Shown here in pieces: positions 12,612-20,945 of a stretch of 34,063 bases of DNA. Under the pieces are notes generated by a model. It was not told the origin of the DNA and ran no database searches. It saw only the letters and a program-made list of their open reading frames with translations. Within the stretch, counting starts at the first letter, position 1; the number at the start of each line of letters is the position of its first letter. The position numbers and the translations under genes are program-made. The stretch lies in assembly GCA_002269645.1 (NCBI GenBank), contig NIVC01004828.1, positions 1 to 34,063 of the forward strand. Reading direction: 5' to 3'. This DNA is from Macrostomum lignano (taxonomy: Eukaryota).

Positions 12612-12966
12612 TAGTTGTATGAGAAAGTAAACAGGGTTGGATGACATGCAGTGTAAACAGCCAGTGGACTGCACTGTAGACGCTGACGGGCGTACTTGAC
12701 TGTTTTTTTTCAACCGCTTGCAGCTTCTGTCCAGCTCTATATGCAGAGTGCAGAACATATCGTCTATAAATGCTTTGTGTATAAGAGGCTTTAAAGGGTT
12801 GAAAGTCATATTTTTGCTTCTGATCGAAATCAGCGATATAAAAATAAGAAATTCGGGTGGTAGACCACATATAAGACAAGGACAAGGTTAGCCGAATTCG
12901 AGGCGGTGATCAGGGCAATGCTCCATCCGATCTAATTTGGTTGGATTATTTACATCTTTCTTTCAT

Positions 12967-13487
12967 AGTAGAAGGCATGAGGGGGCTTCTGGGACAAAAT
13001 TTTTCACATCCTCCATAATCCCATTAAATCCATCCATATTATCCCTGACAGAATCAGAAAAAAGGGGGGTCGCACTTGCTCACAAAACATCCTCCATAAT
13101 CCCATTAAATCCATCCATATTATCCCCGACAGAATCAGAAAAAAGGGGGGGTCGCACTCGCTCACAAAACATCGTCCATAATCCACCTAAATCCATCCAT
13201 ATTATCCCTGACAGAATCATGAAAAAGGGGAGGGGCCGCACTTGCTCCAAAAACTTCGAACATAATCCCATTAAATCCATCCATATTATCCCTGACAGAA
13301 TCAGAGCATTATCCCTGACAGAATCAGAGCATAACAGGTGTCATATAATCCACTGACATCCACCCATAACATCTTCGAAACAATCAGAAAATAATCTGCA
13401 TTCTTCTCCCCACATTCAATCCGCAACGTGAAACCAGATCCCTAAGACTTTAAATCATCAGCGCAGGGTCCTTACCCTTTGAAAAAA
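12967..13487 (+). repeat. Left terminal inverted repeat (521 bp) with internal ~82-bp tandem units
   Basis: Reverse complement of 18514-19039. Units starting ccataatc occur at 13013, 13094, 13176 and 13260. Confidence 0.96.
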
Positions 13488-13525
13488 TCTAAATTTTTTC
13501 TGAATCTTGATTGTCTTTTATATGC

Positions 13526-14135
13526 TTACGAAGCTTCGTAAATCTAAATTTTCTGTCGCTAAAAATATTCATTCTGAACTACTACTTCCAGTAGCAGTAG
13601 GTTAAAAATATATTTTAGCATTTTATGCTTTTTCATTTAGGAGTTTACAATGTTTCGTAAATTGAAATTTTCTGTCGCTTAAAATTTTCACTCTAAACTA
13701 CTACTTATACTAGCAGTAGTTAAAAATATATTTTTGCATTTTCTCCTTTTTTAATAAAGAGTTTATACAATGCTTCATAAATTGAAATTTTCTGTCGCTT
13801 AAAATTTTCACTCTGAACTACTACTTCCAGTAGCAGTAGGTTAAAAATATATTTTAGCATTTTATGCTTTTTCATTTAAGAGTTTACAATGCTTCGTAAA
13901 TCGAAATTTTCTGTCGCTTAAAATTTTCACTCTGAACTACTACTTCTACTAGCAGTAGGTTAAAAATATATTTTAGCATTTTATGCTTTCTCATTAAAGA
14001 GTTTACGAAGCTTCGTTAGTTGAAATTTTCTGTCGCTTAGAATTTTCACTCTGAACTACTACTTTTACTAGCAGTATGTTAAAAATATATTTTAGCATTT
14101 TCTGCTTTTTCATTAAAGAGTTTACGAAGCTTCGT
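13526..14135. repeat. ~119-bp tandem array (about 5 units) inside the element
   Basis: Recurring ttttctgtcgct-aaa-atttcactctgaactactact...agtag units. The first unit begins with the palindrome TTACGAAGCTTCGTAA. Confidence 0.93.
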
Positions 14136-14426
14136 CAATTAGCAAAAAAACCGGAATATGTTGATTCAATTATCATTTATTTTAATAATCAGGCTTTGAA
14201 GTTAGAAGAGGCTTAAAAATTACAACCATAGTGTATTTAGATTAGCGACTTTAAGTCCATGATATCAATGCTCAGTTGTTCAAAAGAGCTCAGTCATCCA
14301 TAGCTGCTTGACCGTCTCCAACACCAGCAGGCTGGCCAGCTTCATCATCTGCAGCAAAAAGTTGAGTGGTAGTATTCACATTAGTACTATATTTTTATAA
14401 AAGAGAGGCAGTGGGGAGAGCGCAGT

Positions 14427-14623
14427 ACACATATTGGTTCTACCAATAATACACACGGTTTTTCCATTGTCCCACACATATTGGTTCTACCAATAATACA
14501 CACGGTTTTTTCATTGTCCCACACATATTGGTTCTACCAATAATACACACGGTTTTTCCATTGTCCCACACATATTGGTTCTACCAATAATACACACGGT
14601 TTTTCCACCACCTCACATATTGG
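14427..14623. repeat. 47-bp tandem array (about 4 units) inside the element
   Basis: atattgg recurs at 14431, 14478, 14525 and 14572. Core is TATTGG-TTCTA-CCAATA. Confidence 0.93.
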
Positions 14624-14723
14624 TCCAGCTACAGTTGAGAAAATCTCCCCCCCCCACGTTCCACATTCCACACTGTCGCGTACGCTTTTTTACACAGCAA
14701 GCTCTGGCTATTTTTAGCACAAG

Positions 14724-14966
14724 ACACACATTTTGGGTGGGCCAATAATACACACAGTTTTTTCCTTCATTTCACACATATTGGGTGGGCCAATAATACA
14801 CACGGTTTTTTCCTTCATTTCACACATATTGGGTGGGCCAATAATACACACGGTTTTTTCCTTCATTTCACACATATTGGGTGGGCCAATAATACACACG
14901 GTTTTTTCCTTCATTTCACACATATTGGGTGGGCCAATAATACACACAGTTTTTCCTTCATTTCAC
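14724..14966. repeat. 48-bp tandem array (5 units) inside the element
   Basis: gggtggg recurs at 14735, 14783, 14831, 14879 and 14927. Core is TATTGG-GTGGG-CCAATA. Confidence 0.94.
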
Positions 14967-15687
14967 ATTGAGATAGCTCACAGTAAGCATCGAGAAGGCC
15001 CTGAAGTTCAGCCGCCGATGGAGGTCTTGTTGGGGGAGTCGGATCTAGCCAATCTGCTGCATCCGTTTGCCACCACCTTTCGCTCCGAATCGTCCTAGAG
15101 TTGTCATGCAGGAATGTAGCCGAAACAGAGCAGAAGCGGAGCCGTGGAAGCTCGGTCACCAGAGTATAGATGTTATGGTGGGATTGCACGTGGTAGTAAC
15201 TCACGCTGAACAGTTCCGCCAGGCTTGTTAATGTCTGCTGATGCCTCGTAATAAATTGGTCATACACTTTTCCAAGAAAAAATGCTGCCACCCAAGTTCG
15301 CCGGTTGTAAATTTGGCCCTGCTTAACCAGGTTTTCATGCAGTTCCGGCACTCCATTGTCAACAGGACCTCGGTTTGTGATGTCGTTGCAGATGGCTTCT
15401 AACTCCCCCTCACTAATTACCTCTGCCTGAGCCGCTTGCTCGTTCTCATATTGAAGCGAACTTCTAAGTTTATGGAATACATCCGTGGCTCTTTCCTTCA
15501 TCTTCCGTATTTTCATTTCTTCACTGACTCGCAGATGCCTTTCTTCATCTTCAGATAATCTTTCCCAGAGTTCTCGAACCATGTCTTTAACGTCATCTTT
15601 ATGCTCCTCAACAATAAATTGATCGATGGAATCGATAAAACCTGTGAGATCTTGCATGGTGATTCTGGCTGTAGTTGCATTAAACAT
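14911..15687 (-). CDS. Element ORF, hypothetical 258-aa helical protein; last residues run into the 48-bp array
   Basis: Long ORF with a charged helical N-half and acaaaATG context, downstream of a gtaagt...tttgtag intron (15693-15789). No family recognised with confidence. Confidence 0.75.
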   Translation of the reverse strand: MFNATTARITMQDLTGFIDSIDQFIVEEHKDDVKDMVRELWERLSEDEERHLRVSEEMKIRKMKERATDVFHKLRSSLQYENEQAAQAEVISEGELEAICNDITNRGPVDNGVPELHENLVKQGQIYNRRTWVAAFFLGKVYDQFITRHQQTLTSLAELFSVSYYHVQSHHNIYTLVTELPRLRFCSVSATFLHDNSRTIRSERWWQTDAADWLDPTPPTRPPSAAELQGLLDAYCELSQCEMKEKLCVLLAHPICVK

Positions 15688-15875
15688 TTTGTCTACAAAT
15701 ATATAAGTAGAGTGTTTTAAATAGTTTAGAATTAAAAAAGCAACTGAAAGTTACAGAAAATGGTTTAAAGTAAGTCAGGATTTACTTACGAAGATACGAT
15801 GCGAGTTCGAGCGTCCGCTAGAAACAAATTTCTCCTATTTCTCCTATTTCTTTCAGCAGTCTGCCTATTTCTTTA

Positions 15876-16067
15876 TTAGAAGCATGTAATACAACCCCCC
15901 ACCCCCCCCAGGAGAAGCATGGTGGAAAGAGAGATTGTAACCGAAACCAGTGTGCTCAAGACTGTACACTTGTGTGGAGAGAAGAGAAGCGAAGGCCAGA
16001 AGGCCAGAAAACTTAACTCTTCTCCCAAACAGCCGCTAATCCAGCTGAATTTTCTTGCTTGAATCAT
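15876..16067 (-). CDS. Small hydrophobic element ORF, 63 aa; possibly extends to 15818 if a G-run frameshift is corrected
   Basis: Its ATG overlaps the PLA2 stop (ATGA). The +1 frame after the G runs reads VVLHASNKEIGRLLKEIG, resembling the PLA2 C-terminus. Confidence 0.45.
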   Translation of the reverse strand: MIQARKFSWISGCLGEELSFLAFWPSLLFSPHKCTVLSTLVSVTISLSTMLLLGGVGGCITCF

Positions 16068-16513
16068 TCTGCTCTCTCAACCCCCAGCTCTTTCAGCAGT
16101 CTTCCTAATTCTTTACTTGGCGTGTGCAACACAAAGCCCGCCCCCAAACAACCGCCGACCCCCAACCCCAGCTTTTTCTTACCAAAAATAACCGCCTTGA
16201 CTAATTTCCGAGCGATCGATTCCTTCCACCCGCTTGAAATCCCCATATTGTCGAGTCTCCTGAGCATTTCTTTGTCCCAGCGATTCTTCTCCTCAGGAAA
16301 ATCTCTATACTTAACGTCGTGCCACATGCAGACAGAGTCTAGCTCGTTCACAGGCTCATGCCCAGGATTTGGATTATCGTTTGTATCTAACTGAATTTCA
16401 AGTGGATTCAAAGGCCCGCAATATTTATAGCCGGGAAGTGTCCAGCCTTTGTTTGGATGAGGAAACTTTTCTATCAGTTCATGTGAATCTAACTTACCAC
16501 CAGAGCGTTGCAT
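16064..16513 (-). CDS. Parvovirus-type phospholipase A2 (adintovirus PLA2X-like), 149 aa
   Basis: WTLPGYKYCGPLN (Ca-binding loop), PVNELDSVCMWHDVKY (catalytic HD) and downstream WDKEML (second Asp). Confidence 0.92.
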   Translation of the reverse strand: MQRSGGKLDSHELIEKFPHPNKGWTLPGYKYCGPLNPLEIQLDTNDNPNPGHEPVNELDSVCMWHDVKYRDFPEEKNRWDKEMLRRLDNMGISSGWKESIARKLVKAVIFGKKKLGLGVGGCLGAGFVLHTPSKELGRLLKELGVERAE

Positions 16514-16544
16514 TATTTTATTTTAAATTTTCTTTAAAAAAAAA

Positions 16545-17540
16545 ATGACAGATCAGAAACTTAAAAAACTCTACTACAGCGACAAAGGATTTTTTGTAGG
16601 AAAAAATGCAGTCACCAAACTCGCAGAACTAAGTAAGGAACCAAAAGCTAGAGTAGAAAAGTGGCTCTCTAAGCAGGCTGTCTTTCAAGTCTATTTCCCA
16701 CCAGTAAAATTTACAAGACCTCACTTTAGCATCTATAAACCTAATGAGGCGCACCAAGCAGATCTTTTGTTTCTCCCCAACGACTCAGGCTACAAGTATG
16801 CTCTTACAATTACAGACGTTGCCTCCAGATATAAGGAAGCGAGACCGCTTAAGACGAAGAAGTCAGAAGCAGTTGCAGCCGCCCTCCAAGATATTTATAA
16901 AAACTCACCCCTTAGTTACCCTGAAATCTTTATGACGGACCCGGGTAAAGAATTCATGGGTGCAGTGAAATCACTTCTACATAAGTATGACACAAAAATT
17001 CGCTATGGCAGAACAAACTTGCACAGAGACCAAGCGTACGTTGAGAGATTCAATCTAACTCTAGCCAAGAGGCTATTCACTAAGCAGACAGCTGAAGAGC
17101 TGAAACTAAAAAGTGGTCAGTACTATACCAAGTGGTCAGACCGGCTCCCCACTGTTATAGAGCAACTGAACAATGAAGTCACGCGCATGACTGGATTGAA
17201 ACCATCCCATGCAATTAAACAAGACACTGTCGAACTTAAGTCATCTCATAGAACAGACACCTCGAACTACCCTAAGCTTCCAGGAGTTGAATCACCATAC
17301 ATACTGACAAACTCTGAGTTTCTACGCTTTTTATATCTACCTGGAGAGCTAGAGAAGGACACCAAAAGAAGAGCTACAGATCCATACTTCAGCCTTGATG
17401 TGCATAAAATAGACAGACATTTTACCTCCGACTCCGGTGACTATTACTTTTTATCTCAAGCCTTTAACCCTAAATCCCCCACGCGGTCATTCACTAGAGC
17501 TGAACTCCTAGTGATACCAGCTGACACAGAAATTAATTAA
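16545..17540 (+). CDS. Polinton/adintovirus-type retroviral-like (rve) integrase, 331 aa
   Basis: HQADL (D1), TITDVASRY, MTDPGKEF (D2) and AYVERFN (E), with 34 residues between D2 and E. N-terminus KLKKLYY..VEKWLSKQ and C-terminus RRATDPYFS match Polinton integrases. Uninterrupted. Confidence 0.95.
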   Translation: MTDQKLKKLYYSDKGFFVGKNAVTKLAELSKEPKARVEKWLSKQAVFQVYFPPVKFTRPHFSIYKPNEAHQADLLFLPNDSGYKYALTITDVASRYKEARPLKTKKSEAVAAALQDIYKNSPLSYPEIFMTDPGKEFMGAVKSLLHKYDTKIRYGRTNLHRDQAYVERFNLTLAKRLFTKQTAEELKLKSGQYYTKWSDRLPTVIEQLNNEVTRMTGLKPSHAIKQDTVELKSSHRTDTSNYPKLPGVESPYILTNSEFLRFLYLPGELEKDTKRRATDPYFSLDVHKIDRHFTSDSGDYYFLSQAFNPKSPTRSFTRAELLVIPADTEIN

Positions 17541-17556
17541 AATATTAAAATAAAAA

Positions 17557-18021
17557 ATGACAAAGATTGAAACCAGAACCATCAATAAACTCAATAAAAT
17601 CATTGAATCAAAGAAACCAGGTCTTATATCAATTAAAGGTATCAAAGTAAAAATCGATCCCACACAGCAAATAGTTCAATGTAATGAGCAAAGACACAGC
17701 ATCACAGATGAAAAGTCAGGAGGAATCCTACCATTAGCAGCTCTTATTCCGATCATTGCAGGCGCTGTAAGTGCCGCAGGTGGTGTAGCTGGAGGTGTAG
17801 CAACTGCTGTTAAAGCTGGTAATGACAGAGCCCACCAGCTAGAATTGCAAAAGATTGCAAGAGACAAAGGTATAACAATTAAGGCAGGAGATGGGTGCCC
17901 CGATGGGTGCCACTCAAGCGACGGGGGCTGTTATCATGGCCCGGGAAAGTGTAAGCGGTTTGTTCTTAGCACCCAATATAGCAGACATTGTAAAGGGTTT
18001 GAATATTCTAATCAGAACTAA
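17557..18021 (+). CDS. pX/'GasderminX'-like virion protein with amphipathic membrane-active segment
   Basis: KSGG-ILPLAALIPIIAGAVSAAGGVAGGVATAV, the GG|hydrophobic-helix motif seen in Polinton/adintovirus core proteins. The region after ~17945 probably reads in the wrong frame. Confidence 0.7.
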   Translation: MTKIETRTINKLNKIIESKKPGLISIKGIKVKIDPTQQIVQCNEQRHSITDEKSGGILPLAALIPIIAGAVSAAGGVAGGVATAVKAGNDRAHQLELQKIARDKGITIKAGDGCPDGCHSSDGGCYHGPGKCKRFVLSTQYSRHCKGFEYSNQN

Positions 18022-18253
18022 TCTCAGTCTTGATTGGGTATTTAAGGGAAAACGAACGAATATTTTGTACAACATCTCCAACTCTGTAGCTGGAGGACAG
18101 ATGGTGGTAGAGAAACCAAATCCAGTGAAAAGAGTTGTATTGAGTAATAAGGAGATTCACGAGATTGTGCTACAGTTTGAGACTGAAGATGGGGTGGGTG
18201 TTGATTTCAACGCTGAAGAGTTTGTACTGACGTTGATCATTGAGAGAATGTAA
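17891..18253 (+). CDS. Minor capsid (penton) C-terminal half, partial
   Basis: NIADI..LNILIRTNL...KRTNILYNI..GQMVVEKPNP..IHEIVLQFETEDG..VDFNAEEFVLTLIIERM follows the Polinton penton pattern (lihcnl..s.vlysf..G.kiie.P..i..i.i.l.DqdG..vdFngE.itl.l). The N-terminal half is absent. Confidence 0.72.
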   Translation: MGAPMGATQATGAVIMARESVSGLFLAPNIADIVKGLNILIRTNLSLDWVFKGKRTNILYNISNSVAGGQMVVEKPNPVKRVVLSNKEIHEIVLQFETEDGVGVDFNAEEFVLTLIIERM

Positions 18254-18257
18254 GAAA

Positions 18258-18494
18258 TCACAATTGCCTAATGATTTCTGCAAAGTTATAGTAGCTATCG
18301 TAATCGTTAATGACTACTACATACTTATGAAACCAGTGTCTTTGGAGAGCTTGATTAATATTAGGGACATTGATATCATCGCTGGGCCAATATTTTCTCA
18401 TGTATTCGCTGCATTCAAGTTTGCATTGGTACTTGGATTTGTACAATGGATTAGGCTGAGTATAATAAGAACCCGGAGAGACAACTGGAAACAT
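18258..18494 (-). CDS. Small orphan element ORF, 78 aa
   Basis: aataaaaATG context about 20 bp inside the right TIR. Converges on the penton stop with a 4-bp gap. Confidence 0.5.
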   Translation of the reverse strand: MFPVVSPGSYYTQPNPLYKSKYQCKLECSEYMRKYWPSDDINVPNINQALQRHWFHKYVVVINDYDSYYNFAEIIRQL

Positions 18495-18513
18495 TTTTAT
18501 TGAGAATTTAATT

Positions 18514-19039
18514 TTTTTTCAAAGGGTAAGGACCCTGCGCTGATGATTTAAAGTCTTAGGGATCTGGTTTCACGTTGCGGATTGAATGTGGGGAGAAGAA
18601 TGCAGATTATTTTCTGATTGTTTCGAAGATGTTATGGGTGGATGTCAGTGGATTATATGACACCTGTTATGCTCTGATTCTGTCAGGGATAATGCTCTGA
18701 TTCTGTCAGGGATAATATGGATGGATTTAATGGGATTATGTTCGAAGTTTTTGGAGCAAGTGCGGCCCCTCCCCTTTTTCATGATTCTGTCAGGGATAAT
18801 ATGGATGGATTTAGGTGGATTATGGACGATGTTTTGTGAGCGAGTGCGACCCCCCCCCCCTTTTTTCTGATTCTGTCGGGGATAATATGGATGGATTTAA
18901 TGGGATTATGGAGGATGTTTTGTGAGCAAGTGCGACCCCCCTTTTTTTCTGATTCTGTCAGGGATAATATGGATGGATTTAATGGGATTATGGAGGATGT
19001 GAAAAATTTTGTCCCAGAAGCCCCCTCATGCCTTCTACT
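18514..19039 (-). repeat. Right terminal inverted repeat (526 bp)
   Basis: Matches the left TIR except in the length of two homopolymer runs (C11 vs G7, T7 vs A6). Confidence 0.96.
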
Positions 19040-19828
19040 TTTCATAGTTTGTCAGACTGCTAAAATTCCTGTTGCATTTAGGAACTTATCGTGCTTGTAC
19101 GGGTCGCGATATTCAAAATGCTCTGAAACTGCAATTGCTTCGCATGGATGATCCACAGATACTATAATAATATAGTACATGTATCTGTGGAATGAGCAAG
19201 CAGTATTTGTTTTATAAGCAGTAAACGGTTTTATAATAAAACGCTAAAACGCTAACTTTACTACTTGCCACAAAAAGCAGTAGGTTTAAAGGTTAAACCC
19301 TTATAGGCTTAAAAATTATTAAACAAAATTCAGCTTCTAATTTCACGTACATATAGTCTCACATGGACAGAAAATAATGCTTATCTTCTTACACAAAAGA
19401 GACAAAAATTTACTGCTGCATTTCAAGGCAGATTTTAAAGCAATTTTAGGCACCTAACTAGATTGTGAAATTTCGCCCCGGAAAGTACACTACTATACAT
19501 ATCGGCGTTTCAATATTAGCAAACCCAACCAAAAACCAACAGATACAGATAGTGGGCTGAATTTAAAATTTTAATGACTGGTTTCATTTTTTGTACTTCT
19601 CTACGAGTACTATTGATATTCAGCCATTTGAACATTGCTCTAAGCACTATTTTTACAATTTTTGATATTGCTGAACCATATGGCAATTGCAAAAGGAAAT
19701 TTTCTTACAAAGTTTTATGGAAAGTAATAGCCAACAAATTCATTTTGAAGTGTTCAAAGATTATAAAAGTTTTTTGAAAAAATGTTCGTCGATACCGATA
19801 CCAAATGCCTATGGCCTCAAAAAATTTA

Positions 19829-19900
19829 CTCCCCGACCGGGAATCGAACCCGGGCCTTCCACGTGACAGGCGGAGATACTGACCACTATACTATCGAGGA
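19829..19900 (-). tRNA. trnD-GTC: tRNA-Asp(GTC)
   Basis: TCCTCGATAGTATAGTGGTCAGTATCTCCGCCTGTCACGTGGAAGGCCCGGGTTCGATTCCCGGTCGGGGAG. All stems pair, anticodon GTC lies at 19867-19865, and a T6 Pol III terminator follows at 19824-19819. Confidence 0.98.
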
Positions 19901-20606
19901 GGCTGACAGCGGAGTACAGGAAACAGTTACTTATACTTTGTAAGTTCTAAAAATGTCTAAAAATAATTCGCATTAAAAAAATAGTCAGGCTCAGCCTCAG
20001 GGGGGGGGGGATTGCTGGAGCTGCCAGTGCCAAGGCTCAACAAAGGGAATTTGAAAGCGTGCTATCAGGCGTATTGCCCGACCCGATATTTTTTCAACCG
20101 AGATTCTCCTGTGGCAGTCACTCCACTCCATACACTGTATGACAAGAAACAGCCAGCTTCCAGCAGTTAAGCATGAGCAGTCTCACTGTCTTTGGGAACT
20201 CTATATTCTGTTCTATAGCTGGCGCCCCGTAAGTCAGCTATGTAGCTACACCACATGCCTAAATGTACGCACAGTTCAAGATTTAATTGTGTATTCAACA
20301 TAGGATAGTCTAATGTAAATAATGTGTTAATTCTTAGCCTTTAAGAATGTGCGCAAAAGCTGTTTAGAAATGTAGAACAAGCTTTAAACAAATTGTAAGC
20401 CACCTACTTAGCAAAAAGATGCAGAGCATGATAAATACTGCAGCAGAAAGCCAACTATATTTATAGCTGCAATCGGGCCTGCACATCGTTGGCTGACCGT
20501 AAGCTAAAATCTGAAATTGAACTTCTGTTTTTGCCGTTGCAAGACCGACTACGAACGAGAAACAAGTCGATCGACAAGGTCACAAGGTAATTCACAGGGA
20601 ATTAAG

Positions 20607-20945
20607 ATGTCGGGCAGCTACCTGTACATGAACGCCGGACAGGCTGAGGTCAGCCTCCGAGCCAAGAACACCCATCCGAGCAGTAATCGGCAACAGTCGA
20701 AAAAGCATCGCCAGGATCGGGCGCGACCTCGCTCGGTGATCAGCCAACGGTTCAGCCAGGTGTACGACATGGCTGTGGATCACCGGCCACCCTGCCTGCA
20801 GAAAGGCGCCGTCACGCCAGCCCTGTGGCTCGTCTGCCAGACCATTCTTGTTGCTCTGTTCGCCGTCTGTTGCGTCTTTCTGCTTAACAATCGCGGTCTC
20901 AAGGACGGTAGGATCTCTGCATCGTCTGCAATGTCAATGGAAAAG
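20607..20945 (+). CDS. TNF-like gene 1, first coding exon (cytoplasmic tail plus type II TM helix); donor at 20908 or 20946
   Basis: MSGSYLYMNAG...ALWLVCQTILVALFAVCCVFLL with no signal peptide. A small exon near 20984-21040 is possible but uncertain. Confidence 0.65.

Larger units (their letters stand above)
12967..19039. mobile_element. Mini (6,073 bp) Polinton/Maverick / adintovirus-like element
   Basis: 5'-AGTAG...CTACT-3' termini, TIRs of about 520 bp, and a 6-bp TSD TTTCAT at 12961-12966 and 19040-19045. Carries Polinton-type integrase, PLA2, pX-like and penton-like ORFs. Confidence 0.93.

Noticed and set aside
12937-13356. ORFs in the TIRs (also 18779-19151)
   Set aside because: They are translations of the ~82-bp TIR units and partly extend outside the element.
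13526-14966. CRISPR-like appearance of the internal arrays with palindromic cores
   Set aside because: The units are whole tandem duplicates with no unique spacers, there are no cas genes, and the context is eukaryotic.
17943-17954. G_GGA_AAG slippery heptamer as a programmed -1 frameshift joining pX and penton
   Set aside because: The -1 frame hits GTG TAA immediately. The penton ORF is in the +1 frame, so classical -1 slippage cannot join them.
19040-19900. tRNA-targeted integration of the mini-Polinton
   Set aside because: The element lies about 790 bp from the 3' side of the tRNA. One instance at that distance is not evidence of targeting.
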